This document shows positions 63,437 to 64,000 of a DNA stretch of 64,000 nt, one piece after another. Position numbers and translations under genes: made by a program. Below the pieces are notes generated by a model, which worked only from the letters and a program-made list of their open reading frames with translations, was not told where the DNA came from and did no database searches. Positions within the stretch are counted from its first letter, which is position 1; each line of letters begins with the position of its first letter. The stretch is from contig OX597814.1 of the NCBI GenBank assembly GCA_951406725.2, positions 162,068,001 through 162,132,000 on the forward strand, written 5' to 3'. The stretch comes from Octopus vulgaris. Its lineage: Eukaryota.

Positions 63437-64000
63437 CAGACAATAAGCCCTGTACACCACAATTTTTATATAAGAAAAATTATGTTCCATTTATTGGTAA
63501 AAAGATAGTTGTATTACTATTTCATAGCAGTTGTAATAACTCTTCTCAATAAGAGAGAAATTTGTCACTAAACAAATTAAGAGCAATATCTTTTATAGTC
63601 ACATCCTTACACAATGATGCTACTAGAAACAAATACCTAACTTAAAATGTAGTTCTTTCATTTTTTTTTTTTTTTAATGATCATAAAACTATTAGTGTGC
63701 ATGAACTGTTTTATTTCTCAAGCTCTATTTATACTGGGATAAACTTTCTTTGTCAAATATTTCAGACTTTAATAAAAGCAAATATTTATTACATAAATCT
63801 GTTGTTTTTATTTCTTTCCAAAATACTGAAATATTATTAAAATTAGTTCCAAACTCATTGAACAGAATATTTCAAAAATATGTTAACTAGAAAAGACCAA
63901 CTAAAAATGTATAGTGCTCATGGAAATTAGTTAAAAATAATAAAAAAGTATTATAAAAAATTAGGTTAATGTAAGGTGAATCTTAATGATCATCTGCACT

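Noticed and set aside
53809-64000. Search for RXR hinge and DNA-binding-domain exons
   Set aside because: No zinc-finger or EAVQEER-like coding sequence seen on the - strand; short ORFs here look spurious.

Overview
AT-rich animal genomic DNA; the SINE families and protein sequences suggest an octopod cephalopod (inference). Two intron-rich genes lie tail to tail. On the + strand is DHX9 (RNA helicase A/maleless): I traced 29 GT-AG coding exons by hand from 8799 to the stop at 44109, giving 3573 nt in one continuous frame (1190 aa); the start-codon exon appears to lie upstream of the window. On the - strand is the ligand-binding-domain end of RXR (three clear exons plus a 48-nt in-frame candidate cassette exon; stop at 48453). 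Introns carry decayed mariner, piggyBac and Tc1-like transposons, hAT and piggyBac MITEs, three short retroposon families and LINE remnants. The most unusual part is the 14.3-kb DHX9 intron (11893-26165) that splits dsRBD2. Its first ~10 kb lacks SINEs and contains a structured candidate poison exon (20547/20627-20762), an element antisense to 5' splice sites, AG|GT ratchet-like sites, candidate decoy microexons, a two-hairpin RNA element and a TGCATG cluster. From memory, this is the intron where human DHX9 has its NMD exon 6A, which suggests an ancient or convergent DHX9 autoregulatory splicing module. All coordinates and pairings were read by eye; no searches or folding were run.
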